Assembly (NCBI GenBank): GCA_965218095.1
Contig: OZ244587.1
Coordinates: 1,248,001-1,312,000 of the forward strand
Source of the DNA: Candidatus Poribacteria bacterium
GTDB lineage: Bacteria > Poribacteria > WGA-4E > PCPOR2b
DNA length: 64,000 nucleotides
Direction of reading: 5' to 3'
How positions within the stretch are numbered: the stretch's first letter is position 1; each line of letters starts with the position of its first letter. Under the pieces are notes generated by a model, which worked only from the letters and a program-made list of their open reading frames with translations, was not told where the DNA came from and did no database searches. Both the position numbers and the translations under genes were made by a program. Below are positions 50,620 to 60,978 of this stretch, one piece after another.

Positions 50620-52503
50620 TTATTTGGGTTCGATTTTAAGAATTTTTGCTTCAAAGAGATTGAGAGTAGGAGCAAGCTGCAGATCACGTTCAGCCTCATG
50701 CTGAAGCATCATTGGTGTTGTTTCCTGTGTCCTCCTCTTGGGAGAAGCCGTTGTGTTGATATCAGGAGTCGCGCTCGAAGCAACAAAGTTAATTTGAACG
50801 GGACGCCCAAGCAAATCGGTAAGTATCTCCCTGAACAAAGCCTTTTCATCATCATCAATTAACTCCGTATAGGCGGGAGGACAAGCAATTTTCAGTTCCA
50901 GACTGGCTGACGAAGCTGTTCCTCCTTCGTTATCCGGTGACAGGGTCGCGTTCTTCAAGTATCTGTTTAATATCGTTTTCCCTTTGTTTTGAAGCCTTTC
51001 TAAGAATTTTTCCCAAACCTTCGCCAGCTCATTTGAATCACGAATCAGGTTCTGTACATCTGAGGGACCCGACCTGAAGCGGGCATCACTCTCACGATTT
51101 TTGTTTATATCGACGCCGGCAGAAATTTGCTCAGACCCGGTACGATTGCCCGAAGATGGGTTTGCTGCATGCGCGAAGGTTTGATGTGGCGCTAATTCTG
51201 AATCTGTGTTGGCTTCTGAAATCGAAGCAGAAGCAGATGGTCTCGGTGGAAGCGTCTGTTCATCCACAGTTGATTCGGAAGCCACCGGGAGCGCTTGGGA
51301 TAGAAATTGTCTGCCTGGAGCATCGCTCCTGTCAATCTTGTCCTCAATCTCCGATAGTCGTTTCAAAATCCTGGTAAGCTGGATGCCTTCCTGGATTGAG
51401 CAGGCGTCAATCAGAGCGGATTCAAACTGGATTTGTGCATAACCATGCTGCTTAATTTCGCTGCTTGTTCGCATCAGGATTTTGATAATTCTTGATAAAC
51501 GCTCTGGGGAAGCAAGGTTCGCTTTCTCCTTCATCAATTGCAGTTCTGACCTGGAACTCTGGATTAAATTCTCTAAGTTCGACCCAATGGCTAAGAGCCT
51601 CAAGTTTCTGAAGCAGGTAATCAGTTGATGAAGGCATTGCGTCAAGTCTGTCCCATTTTTTACTAACTGGTCAAGCGCCTGGAGCGACTTCGGCAGATTA
51701 CATTGCAAAATCGCATCAATCAGTTCACTTGTCAGATGACTTGAACCAAACCCCAGGATCTGGTTAATTTGCTCCAAATTGAGGTTCTTCCCTGGTGACG
51801 CGGTTAGTCGTTCTAACAAGTTCTCTGCGTCCCTCAGACAACCTTCTGATTCCTGTGCGATCAGAGATAGTCCCTGTGCATCAATGTCGACATCTTCTGC
51901 CTCACAGATGGCTTGCAGACGGACTGTGATTTGATTTTGCTCCATGTAGCGAAAATCAAAATCTTGACAGCGCGATATGATTGTCTTAGGGACTTTGTGG
52001 CGTTCGGTTGTCGCGAGGATGAAAATGACGTGCGGCGGGGGTTCCTCAAGCGTTTTCAAAAGGGCATTAAACGCCTCTTGAGTCAGCATGTGGGCTTCAT
52101 CAATGATGTAGATTTTATAACGGCAGGAAGCTGGGGCGAGTCTGGTATTCTCGCGCAATTCGCGGATGGGGTCGATACCTCGATTAGAGGCAGCGTCCAT
52201 TTCAATGACATCAAAAGATTGCCCCTGAGAGATTTCCAGACAGAATTGGCAACCATTGCAAGGTTCAGCCGTCAATTCTTGGCTAAACTCAGTTTCTCGG
52301 TAACGGTCGGGACAATTGACTGCTTTCGCAAGAATGCGGGCGACTGTTGTCTTCCCGGTTCCTCTTGGTCCCCAGAACAGATAGGCATGCCCAATCCGAT
52401 CGGATAAGATTTGATTTTTCAGGGTTGTTATCACATGCGTTTGCCCAACGACATCTTGGAACGATTGGGGACGCCATTTCTGCGCTAAAACCTCATAAGA
52501 CAT
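50620..52503 (-). CDS. dnaX: DNA polymerase III subunit gamma/tau
   Basis: KWRPQSF, GPRGTGKTT, DAASNRG, IIDEAHML and SRC motifs. Confidence 0.96.
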   Translation of the reverse strand: MSYEVLAQKWRPQSFQDVVGQTHVITTLKNQILSDRIGHAYLFWGPRGTGKTTVARILAKAVNCPDRYRETEFSQELTAEPCNGCQFCLEISQGQSFDVIEMDAASNRGIDPIRELRENTRLAPASCRYKIYIIDEAHMLTQEAFNALLKTLEEPPPHVIFILATTERHKVPKTIISRCQDFDFRYMEQNQITVRLQAICEAEDVDIDAQGLSLIAQESEGCLRDAENLLERLTASPGKNLNLEQINQILGFGSSHLTSELIDAILQCNLPKSLQALDQLVKNGTDLTQCLHQLITCFRNLRLLAIGSNLENLIQSSRSELQLMKEKANLASPERLSRIIKILMRTSSEIKQHGYAQIQFESALIDACSIQEGIQLTRILKRLSEIEDKIDRSDAPGRQFLSQALPVASESTVDEQTLPPRPSASASISEANTDSELAPHQTFAHAANPSSGNRTGSEQISAGVDINKNRESDARFRSGPSDVQNLIRDSNELAKVWEKFLERLQNKGKTILNRYLKNATLSPDNEGGTASSASLELKIACPPAYTELIDDDEKALFREILTDLLGRPVQINFVASSATPDINTTASPKRRTQETTPMMLQHEAERDLQLAPTLNLFEAKILKIEPK

Positions 52504-52591
52504 AATTTCCCCCATCAGGCGAGGCAGGGCTGATTAAAAACACTCAAGTACTGTAGCTGATGAAAGAGAAAGGGGACGGGGATGGAAAATC

Positions 52592-52866
52592 CTGGCTATG
52601 CACCTAAAGCTTGACGAGTTCCCCTAAGCGTTACCCAAGCAGTTAACTCCAACTAGGCTTCCCTGCGTCACACTCTCAGCTTATCTACCGCTGCTTCTTT
52701 CCAGACCTGACGGGGTTTGATAATTTCAAGTTGCTCAGGACCCAATCTTCATCGCCACTTACTTGGGCCAGTCCTCAAGAGAAGATCACCGCACAATAGG
52801 AATTCAGCCCTGCTATAGCGGATTGCAGGTTCAGGGCACCGCTACCTCCCCGCTTAGCATAGCCAA
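52592..52866 (-). ncRNA. ffs: Signal recognition particle RNA, large (Alu-domain) bacterial type
   Basis: Minus strand begins TGGCTATGCTAAGCGGGGAGGTAGCGGTGCCCTGAACCTGCAATCCGCT, as in Bacillus scRNA. Domain IV GTCAGGTCTGGAAAGAAGCAGC is present, the 5' and 3' ends pair, and the gene sits upstream of dnaX. Confidence 0.9.
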
Positions 52867-52885
52867 GTCTTGATAGAGGTGATGG

Positions 52886-52976
52886 TGGCGGAGAGAGTGG
52901 GATTCGAACCCACGGTACGGTTTCCCGCACACATGATTTCCAGTCATGCCAGTTCAACCAACTCCTGCATCTCTCC
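52886..52976 (-). tRNA. tRNA-Ser(GGA)
   Basis: Cloverleaf with long variable arm; anticodon arm CATGA-CTGGAAA-TCATG; encoded CCA. Confidence 0.95.
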
Positions 52977-53082
52977 GAAAAATCAGAATAACAAAAATCG
53001 CCGCTGTCACTGCGTAGGAGCAAGTCTTTCCTATGCTATTCTAAAAGTCCACAAAATCATTGACGATCAGAAAAATATATGA

Positions 53083-53155
53083 TGGAGCAGACGGGATTTG
53101 AACCCGTGACCTCATCCGTGCGAGGGATGCGCTCTCCCAACTGAGCCACTGCCCC
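53083..53155 (-). tRNA. tRNA-Ala(CGC)
   Basis: GGGGCAG acceptor stem with G3:U70; anticodon arm CATCC-CTCGCAC-GGATG. Confidence 0.95.
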
Positions 53156-53161
53156 ATAAGG

Positions 53162-53248
53162 CGGAGAGAGTGGGATTCGAACCCACGGTGACTTACGCCA
53201 CAGCAGTTTTCGAGACTGCCCGATTAAACCTAACTCTCGCATCTCTCC
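53162..53248 (-). tRNA. tRNA-Ser(CGA)
   Basis: Anticodon arm GCAGT-CTCGAAA-ACTGC; long variable arm. Confidence 0.95.
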
Positions 53249-53254
53249 GAAAGT

Positions 53255-53704
53255 TTAGATTCGCCGATCGCGGAAAAAAGATTTGAGTAGATGGCTGCTC
53301 TCCTCCGCTAGAACGCCTTGCGTGACCTCCACCTGGTGATTGAGCCGTTTGTCCTGCAACAGATTGAACAACGTTCCCGCAGCCCCAGCCTTTGGATCTG
53401 AAGTTGCGTAAACAACCCGAGGGATGCGAGCCAAGACAATCGCCCCACAACACATCGGACATGGTTCCAAAGTCACATAAAGCGTCGTATTTGTCAAACG
53501 CCAATCACCGATAGATGAAGCAGCCAATCGAATCGCAATCAGTTCTGCGTGGGCAGTTGGATCCCCGGTCTGCTCCCGCTGGTTGTGGGCGCGAGCAAGG
53601 GCAATGCCATCCTTAACGATAATCGCTCCAACGGGAACTTCACCGAGTGAAGCGCCTTTACGCGCGATTTCAAGGGCTTCGCGCATCCAGAACTGATCTG
53701 ACAT
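53255..53704 (-). CDS. tadA: tRNA adenosine(34) deaminase
   Basis: GEVPVGA, TAHAE and TLEPCPMC motifs; start MSDQFW. Confidence 0.95.
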   Translation of the reverse strand: MSDQFWMREALEIARKGASLGEVPVGAIIVKDGIALARAHNQREQTGDPTAHAELIAIRLAASSIGDWRLTNTTLYVTLEPCPMCCGAIVLARIPRVVYATSDPKAGAAGTLFNLLQDKRLNHQVEVTQGVLAEESSHLLKSFFRDRRI

Positions 53705-53743
53705 ATACAGAAAATCAAAAAGGGGCAATCGCCCCAATGAGCG

Positions 53744-53778
53744 TTTTCAGTCCCGCCACAAAACCACGGGACTGAAAA
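53744..53778. terminator. Stem-loop between tRNA-Arg and tadA (terminator or processing hairpin)
   Basis: ttttcagtcccg...cgggactgaaaa inverted repeat. Confidence 0.5.
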
Positions 53779-53791
53779 GGATATTTCTTTA

Positions 53792-53865
53792 AGCGCCTGA
53801 GAGGATTCGAACCCCCGACCTTCTGATCCGTAGTCAGATGCTCTATTCCACTGAGCTACAGGCGC
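53792..53865 (-). tRNA. tRNA-Arg(ACG)
   Basis: Anticodon arm TCTGA-CTACGGA-TCAGA. Confidence 0.95.
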
Positions 53866-53886
53866 ATCAAAAGGCGCATCAAAAAA

Positions 53887-53974
53887 TGGCGGAGAGGGTG
53901 GGATTCGAACCCACGATGGCTTGCGCCATAACTGCTTAGCAGGCAGCCCAGTTCAACCACTCCTGCACCTCTCC
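53887..53974 (-). tRNA. tRNA-Ser(GCT)
   Basis: Anticodon loop CTGCTAA; long variable arm; encoded CCA. Confidence 0.95.
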
Positions 53975-53986
53975 GTATAGTTGTAA

Positions 53987-54074
53987 TGGCGGTGGGAGTA
54001 GGATTCGAACCCACGGTGGCTTGCGCCACAACGGTTTTCAAGACCGCCGCTTTCGACCACTCAGCCATCCCACC
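53987..54074 (-). tRNA. tRNA-Ser(TGA)
   Basis: Anticodon arm GCGGT-CTTGAAA-ACCGT; long variable arm; encoded CCA. Confidence 0.95.
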
Positions 54075-54088
54075 AAAAAAGTGTCTTT

Positions 54089-54117
54089 ATTGTACCAAAA
54101 AAAAGGGCTGTTGTCAA
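54089..54117 (-). promoter_or_regulatory. sigma70-type promoter of the tRNA-tadA-ffs-dnaX block
   Basis: TTGACA (54117-54112), 17-bp spacer, TACAAT (54094-54089), 14 bp upstream of tRNA-Ser(TGA). Confidence 0.75.
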
Positions 54118-54441
54118 GAACCATTGAACGCCTTTAGAAATTCCTCATCTGATGAATTTTTCTTGCGGCGCTTCCCAATCAAATGCTGCAGTTCAAAAGA
54201 CAGCGTTTTGAACGATTTGATCCCCATGAACCGCTGAAGAGGGCAATTTTGGGCATAGCTTTTCTACTGCAACATATCTCTGATTAATACACAATTGGCA
54301 AAAAACACAACAAAAAATTCCAAAGCGGTACTTGACGACTTGTCAAAGACATGCTATCATTCGTGAGGTTGAATCAGATATTCATCTTTCTTTTCTTCCA
54401 AAGCGCAATCTCAAATTCCTAAATCTCAAGGAGATACAATA

Positions 54442-55284
54442 ATGACATCAACACAACTCAATGACCAGCAGATGGCATTCTTCGACACGTTTGGCTTCTT
54501 GTACTTTCCCGGGCTGCTAGCTGATTGCGCCAACAAAATCGTTGATGAGTTTGAATCCATCTGGGCAACCCACGGCGGTGGGCACCACGGCAAGCTGCAT
54601 GACGGGGTGAGTCGTTCCTGCATCTTTCCGTTCCCCGATCAGAGTGAGTTCCTCAGTTCCCTGCTGGACAACCCGCGCATCCACGACATCGCTGCCAGCA
54701 TCTGTGGCGACGACTTCAATTACACGGGCGGCGATGGCAACTTCTACGCCGGCGATACCCGCTGGCACTCCGATGGCTACGACAGAAACCGGCTGATGAG
54801 TATCAAGATCGCTTTCTACCTCGATCCACTGACGGGCGACACCGGCGCCCTGCGCGTCATTCCTGGCAGCCATCGCGTTGGGGACGCTTATGCCGACGCC
54901 GTTGAACGCAACATCCGAGAAAGCGGAAAGATCTGGGGCTTGCCCGGCAGCAAAATTCCCGCCCTAGTCCTGGAGACAACACCTGGCGACATCGTCGTCT
55001 TCAACCACAACCTCAAGCACGCTGCTTTTGGCGGGGCAATGCGCAGACGGATGTACACGATGAACTTCTGCTGTCGATATCCCGAGGATCGACTTGAGGA
55101 GTTGCGCGAAAAACTGGGCAGGTTGGCGCGATTTTGGATCGATCGCATCCACGGTGAAGCGATGATTCACACCGCTGGGCCAGAGCGGATGGTACACCTG
55201 AAGCAGGTCATGGAAAATGACACACATCTCGCTGCGTTACACCAGCAGTTCAAAAAGACGATGGAAGAACCGTCGCGGGGTTGA
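54442..55284 (+). CDS. Phytanoyl-CoA dioxygenase family protein
   Basis: WHSD, GALRVIPGSH and LKHA motifs. Confidence 0.88.
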   Translation: MTSTQLNDQQMAFFDTFGFLYFPGLLADCANKIVDEFESIWATHGGGHHGKLHDGVSRSCIFPFPDQSEFLSSLLDNPRIHDIAASICGDDFNYTGGDGNFYAGDTRWHSDGYDRNRLMSIKIAFYLDPLTGDTGALRVIPGSHRVGDAYADAVERNIRESGKIWGLPGSKIPALVLETTPGDIVVFNHNLKHAAFGGAMRRRMYTMNFCCRYPEDRLEELREKLGRLARFWIDRIHGEAMIHTAGPERMVHLKQVMENDTHLAALHQQFKKTMEEPSRG

Positions 55285-55312
55285 CGACGGCTCTGCGAAA
55301 AGGAGCAAAACA

Positions 55313-56011
55313 GTGGATCTAAATGAAGCCAAAGTGCATTTAGCTGATGAAGGCTACTGTCTGTTAGAAGATCAGTTCGATCCATGTGAAGCGGAACGCC
55401 TTGATGCGATAGCACGCCGTTTCATGGAACATCAGGAAGGATATATCAGTATGGAGGGGGCGCTCAATCAAATCCCAGAGCTTGCACCGCTGTGCATCCA
55501 TCCCCCCATCCTTGAGCTCGCGGAAGCGGTGCTTGGGGAGAATTTTATCCAGGCAAACAATGTCGCTATGAAGTGGTGTAAACCCGGCGCAAAGGCCGGA
55601 GGCTTACATGCGGACTGGCCGTTATGGGATGTGCCGCAGCCGTGGGCTCAGTTTCCCACGGGATTTCAGATCTTTTGGATGCTCACAGACTTCACGCCCG
55701 AGAACGGCACCACCGTGGTTGTGCCTTTTAGCCACCACACACGACGTCCCCCGACACCCAACCGAACCTATCCACAGGAAATACCAATTGTTGGGAAAGA
55801 GGGATCAGTATTGCTCTTCCACAACGGGATTTGGCATCGGAGCGGCGCGGATACAACCCATGACCGGCATCACATGGCGGCCAACATCTTCTATCTCCCC
55901 TGGTTTGTCAACAGGCCGAAAGAAACCTGGCCGCTGGTGAAGCGTGAGATCTACGACACATTCCCTTCTCGGTTGCAGGAATTGCTGGTGCGTTCCGTTG
56001 AGGCGAATTAA
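55313..56011 (+). CDS. Phytanoyl-CoA dioxygenase family protein
   Basis: GTG start after AGGAG; LHAD, LTDFTPENGTT..VPFSH and IWHR motifs. Confidence 0.88.
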   Translation: MDLNEAKVHLADEGYCLLEDQFDPCEAERLDAIARRFMEHQEGYISMEGALNQIPELAPLCIHPPILELAEAVLGENFIQANNVAMKWCKPGAKAGGLHADWPLWDVPQPWAQFPTGFQIFWMLTDFTPENGTTVVVPFSHHTRRPPTPNRTYPQEIPIVGKEGSVLLFHNGIWHRSGADTTHDRHHMAANIFYLPWFVNRPKETWPLVKREIYDTFPSRLQELLVRSVEAN

Positions 56012-56055
56012 CGAACAAACGCTCATGTAGACAGGCTTCTGAAAGGAGTGACACT

Positions 56056-57315
56056 ATGCTTTTCAACAAAGCCCGGGCAATGGAGTACATGCGTCGCTGC
56101 AGTGTAGATGTGCTAGTAGCGACCTCGCCGGTCAACATTACCTATTTTTCGGATTATCTCTGCTGGATTGATCCGCTATTCAAAGGATATATGATGGTAC
56201 CGGGCGCATCAAGCGACCTCGATTCGACCGGTGCATACGCGGTCTTCCCGCTGGAAGGTGAACCGGCGCTCGTCGTCAATCCGGCGTTTGCAGTAAATGC
56301 CTCCGAGCTATGGGTGCGTGACCTGCATATCTTCGGCGGCCCCGGCTTGGACGACTCGCTGCCGCCTGCCACGTTGTCCGACGCAGAGCAGCGCATCTTT
56401 GATCTGCTCGATGCGTCGCAGTCGAATGCAACGCCAACTGACGCGTTTTTGAGCATCCTGAAGGCGCGGGGGCTGATTGACGCTCGGATCGGACTGGAGA
56501 TGGAAGGGTTGTCACTGGCATCGAGGGCGACAATTGAGGGGGCGTTGCCGAGAGCGACGATTAAGGACTGCTCGAATCTCATTCGCCTCATTCGGATGGT
56601 CAAAACCGAAGATGAACTGTCGCGACTGACCCGCGCTGCCGAAATCAGCGAGGGGGCAGCCTTGGAAGGCCTGGATCTGGCTCGGCCGGGTCACCCGATC
56701 GCCGATGTCGTCCAACACTACCGTGCGCGGATAGCCGAGCACGGGGCAAATTTCGATCACTTTGCATTCGGCATACGGGGTCTAGGCCTCGCCACGGAGC
56801 CGAACTACCTCCTGACTGATGACGATCTGCTCTACGTGGATTATGGCTGCATTTATCAGGGGTGCTTCTCGGATAGCGGCACGACGTTGACGATGCGCGA
56901 ACCGTCGGCGACGCTGCTCGATAGGCACGCGGCGTTGCGTGAGTGTGTTACAGCAGGGGTGGACGCAATTCGGCCGGGAGCGAAAGCATCGGAGGTTCAA
57001 GCCGCCATGTGGGGTGCCCTTAGTGCGCACGGCATCACAGCCTCGTTTCCTCATGGACATGGTTTGGGGCTGGAAGTTCGCGATTACCCAATCATCGTTG
57101 CTGACAACGGGCTCCGCATCCGTGATGGTTGCGTGGACGTACCATCAGACCTGCTGCTCGAAACGGACATGGTCATCAATCTGGAGGCGATGATCTCCCT
57201 GCCAGGCGTCGGCTCGCTGCATATTGAGGTTTCGTTCGTCATTACAGCAGATGGCAGTCGCCCGCTCGTGCCGCAGGATCGAACACGTCCTGTGCAACCG
57301 TCTGCGCCAAACTAG
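56056..57315 (+). CDS. Xaa-Pro peptidase family (M24) protein
   Basis: RMVKTEDE, VDYG...SD, HGHGLGLE and NLE...IE motifs. Confidence 0.88.
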   Translation: MLFNKARAMEYMRRCSVDVLVATSPVNITYFSDYLCWIDPLFKGYMMVPGASSDLDSTGAYAVFPLEGEPALVVNPAFAVNASELWVRDLHIFGGPGLDDSLPPATLSDAEQRIFDLLDASQSNATPTDAFLSILKARGLIDARIGLEMEGLSLASRATIEGALPRATIKDCSNLIRLIRMVKTEDELSRLTRAAEISEGAALEGLDLARPGHPIADVVQHYRARIAEHGANFDHFAFGIRGLGLATEPNYLLTDDDLLYVDYGCIYQGCFSDSGTTLTMREPSATLLDRHAALRECVTAGVDAIRPGAKASEVQAAMWGALSAHGITASFPHGHGLGLEVRDYPIIVADNGLRIRDGCVDVPSDLLLETDMVINLEAMISLPGVGSLHIEVSFVITADGSRPLVPQDRTRPVQPSAPN

Positions 57316-57375
57316 GGCTGCTCAGCGGAAATAATTCCACAGTGCACCAAGTCACTAGCGTTGTCCTCGCCTCCG

Positions 57376-58082
57376 TTAATACACGATAACCAGATGTCGA
57401 ATCTTCTCCAGTGTTTTCTCCCCGATACCTTTGACATTCGTGAGATCATCGACGCTAGAAAATCCGCCGTAGGTTTCGCGGTACTCAATAATGCGTCGTG
57501 CCATCGCGGGACCAATGCGAGGAAGCGTTTGCAACTGTTCCGATGTCGCGGTGTTAAGGTTGATGAGCGGGCTATCCGTTAACGTGGGCGCGGGTACCAA
57601 AGTTGAAGGGGAAGCACAGGAGGAGCGGAGGAGGCAGGATTGATGTGTGGATTCGTCCGCTGCACATCGCTGGCAGGAGATATAGCTTGGGGAATTTCTG
57701 GGACGTAGATCTGCTGCTCATCGCGGACCTTAGCAGCGAGATTCAGACGGTGAACATCAGCCTGATCTGTTCCCCCACCCGCCTTTTCGATGGCATCTTG
57801 TACACGCACACCGGGAGAAAGGCGATAAACCCCCGGCGATTGCACTGCGCCTGTCACATGGACAACGATTTCTGGCAGTGGGGACAGTTGTTGTGATTTC
57901 GGCGCGGATTTTGTCGGTTGGCTTGGTGAGAGGTGATCTGCCTCCGCACCAACGACGAGATCTGGCTCACCGAGAAAAAGCGCCGGGCGAAAATGCTTTA
58001 GGATCCAATATCCACTTCCTGCCAATATCACAACGATCAGGAAAATGAGGACTTTTTGATATTGTTGGTCGAGGGTGTTCAT
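57376..58082 (-). pseudogene. comEA: ComEA-family DNA-binding protein split by a frameshift near 57620
   Basis: TM segment plus SLBB domain (VHVTGAVQSPGVY...[16 protein letters not shown]) in one frame; HhH domain ([19 protein letters not shown]...VKGIGEKT) in the next frame. Confidence 0.8.
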
Positions 58083-58229
58083 TGATTTTGAGGAGAAAAA
58101 AAGAGGATTCGGAAATTCCTACGGTCTACAGAAGGTTCCAAAAAAATTGCTTATGTTGGCAGAACGAAGTATAATCTGAGTTAGTAAAGTTGTCAAGGAG
58201 TTTTACCGAAGGGAGTTCGGCAACATTTT

Positions 58230-58440
58230 GAGACTGTTGCATAGACCGACCCCCGATTTGACGGGGATCCATGCAGGAGAGAAAGTAAAACCGGGGGTTC
58301 CCTCCCAAGTTGACATCGGGCGCAAAGCCGCGTCCGGCTTGACACGTTGTCGGGGCAATTTTGCCCTGGATGTGGCAAATTTTCGTGTCAACCTGAAGGT
58401 TCAAACCTCCATGAATGCTGGTCGCGGATGCAACGGTCTC
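58230..58440. mobile_element. 211-bp MITE-like non-autonomous element
   Basis: 13-bp TIRs GAGACTGTTGCAT / ATGCAACGGTCTC (1 mismatch), flanked by the direct repeat CATTTT (58224-58229 and 58441-58446); no transposase. Confidence 0.7.
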
Positions 58441-58471
58441 CATTTTTTGGTCGGTTGCCATTGAAAGTTGC

Positions 58472-60411
58472 TTAAATCCAGCTATACACAGCAGAACGCA
58501 GAACAAGGCTCAGAATTGGCCAGAAGCACCCTATCAACGCTTCGCCGAGTACCAGTCCGATAAAGAAAGGCATCGCTCGACGATAGGCGCTAATACTGCC
58601 ATGTTTGAGTATGAGCCACTTGGCGCTCATCCCGAACAGCAGGGGAAACCAGACCAGATTCATTGTACCGGGGGCGACACCGACCACGTAGCCTGCGGGG
58701 TGAAGCGGACACCAGACGAACCGGGTGCGGAGAAACATAATGCCAAGGTTCAAGACAAAGCCCAATCCGAGAACCGTCATCGCCAACCAATCCGTCGGCT
58801 TGGGATTAATCAACCAAGATGACAGAAAATTGTATGCCTCCGCACCGCCTGAGTGGATCTGCTCAGAATCCGCCGCGACCCCTTCCTTGTAAATCGTGTA
58901 TGGATAGAGAATGAGGCTCGATTCAATCCCAACGACACTGGCAATTACCAGCACAATTAGCATGGTGCGGTTTCGGATTCCCGCTCGATCAGCCAGTTTG
59001 AAGGCTTCCATCTGATCGGGCATTGGGTGCGTCCGAAACGATGCGTAACTTGCCCCGCTCAACCAATTCATCATGGAAAGTACTGTCAAATTCCCCGCCC
59101 GGAGCCGGCGCGTGCCGAACATGGAGATTGTCAGGTATTGTGGGGTGACGTAACCAACGGACTGAATGGGAGGGCCCAACTCCGCTCGCATGCGCGTCAA
59201 TCCAACAACGATCAGCAGATAGATCGTGATAAAGATCGCATAACCCCGGATCGACATGCCCCCTTTTATACAAAAGCCCATCAATACCAAAAGGCAGATA
59301 CACAATGTAATCACTGTGGTATGATAAGAAACTGGCTCGTCTGCTTCATCCGCCTGATCCGGACGAATGACGCGAGCGATGACTTGCGCAAAATGCTTTC
59401 TGCCACTCCAGCAGGTGACGACAAGCAGAGCGAGGAGCGCACCGGCACCTTGTTCCCCGAAAAATGGATACCCCGGCAGGTTTACAATACCAGCCATGCT
59501 TCCGAACAGCAGTTGTCCCTTTCTCATCATGTAGAAAAATGCGCAGGAAAAGGAGAGATCCAAAGGGAGGATAAAGCCGAGACCAATCAGGTAAGGGTGG
59601 AGACGCAGCGGCATGCTCCCCAGTACATTCCACGGTTTGTGTGTGAAGTAGATGTTGAGGTCATATTTCTTCACGGGAATTGAAGGCAAGGTCGGAAAAA
59701 AATACTGAAGCCCATTCAGCAGGTTGATGCCAGCGGCAATCCCAAAGCCAATCCAGAGCAAGCGGTTTCTGAAAATTGCTCCGGATTGCGTCGTGATCTC
59801 GAAAGGGATCTGGATAACCGGATACGCCAATTTTTCATGCGCCACCCATTGCCTTCTGAGAATTGAGGTGAGACAGAGGAAAATCAGCATCAGCGAGAAG
59901 ATGACAATCGACCACGATAAGATTGGCGTCAACCAATACCGCATGTAGCCGTCTTTGAAGAAATTTACCTCTCCCTCGAAAAAATCGGTGATGGCTTTGG
60001 GGTGGGAGACAACAAGCCATTTTGGCAGGTGGCGAAATAGCAGCGCTTCCCAGTCGTTTTCAGGGGTTGCAAAACGGAAGGCATACGGTATCAGTCCCAT
60101 CAAGCGAGGCATACACGAGGCATACAGTCGTGCTCTGAGAAGGCGCTTCCTACAGCGAGCATGCCGTAGATCACGATAAGGTCTTGCCGGCTAAGTGCGG
60201 CTTTTGGAGAGATGTGACGGACAACTATGTTCAACCACGTTATCACTAGGAGGGCAAACATGACGTTGACCGACAGCGTAACAGTCGTCAGGTGCGCTGT
60301 ATGCCATAACATTTCCACGTAGGCAATCCAGTAACTGTTGGCAGTGATCAACACCGCACCGATCAGCACTGCACGCTTAGTAATTCTGGCAGATGGTTCT
60401 TTTTTCATCAT
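58472..60411 (-). pseudogene. DUF6785-like polytopic membrane protein (putative transporter) frameshifted by an 11-bp tandem duplication
   Basis: Many TM helices; HEKLAYP, RMRAELG and LHPAGY motifs. TGTATGCCTCG is repeated twice at about 60105-60126 and splits ORFs 60100-60453 and 58472-60112. Confidence 0.75.
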
Positions 60412-60978
60412 ATCAAAAACTCTAAATCCTGGATGCCTCAATGGATATTCCACTTTAGCGGGTATGAGAGTTTTCCTGAGAGGGCATACACAGGGATGCG
60501 CCTACGAGAACCACCTCAGAGTGGGCAGATCTGTGTGTCTGCTACTGGTGAATAATTACCAGATTCAGCTCGCATTCACGACGATTCCGAGCAGTGCGTC
60601 AGCATTGAATGGATTCGGAAAGTTTGGAAACAGCGTCGTCCGCTTGAGTGGATCCAACTTCACCCAACCCAACGTTGTCACAAACAGCCTAATAGGAAAG
60701 GCGGGCTTGTCGAGAGTTTTACCAAATATCTAACGCGCTGTCAATAAAAAAATTGCGGAAGTAACAAACAGCCCTGCACTTAACTTGATAGTCCGGCAGA
60801 GGGGTTTACCAGAATTTTATGTGTTTTTAATTCAGAGTTTTTAATTCAGAAATGGTATAATTAAAAAAGTTACTGAGTTGCGGGGTTGGCACGACCGGAT
60901 TCAGTGCCAGCCGGCCAATGTGGGGGCGTGAACAGCAGCGGCTCGAAATCAAGATGGCATAAAAAGAAAGGGGTAACC

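Noticed and set aside
50620-52503. Programmed -1 frameshift in dnaX
   Set aside because: No A AAA AAG slippery site with a downstream hairpin was evident at the expected position.
52775-54237. Short ORFs overlapping the tRNA cluster
   Set aside because: They are spurious translations of tRNA and SRP RNA genes; only tadA is a real CDS.
58230-58440. 6S RNA
   Set aside because: The size and rod-like pairing fit loosely, but IS-like terminal repeats with a 6-bp direct flank fit a MITE better, and G-U pairing does not favour one strand consistently. Not fully excluded.
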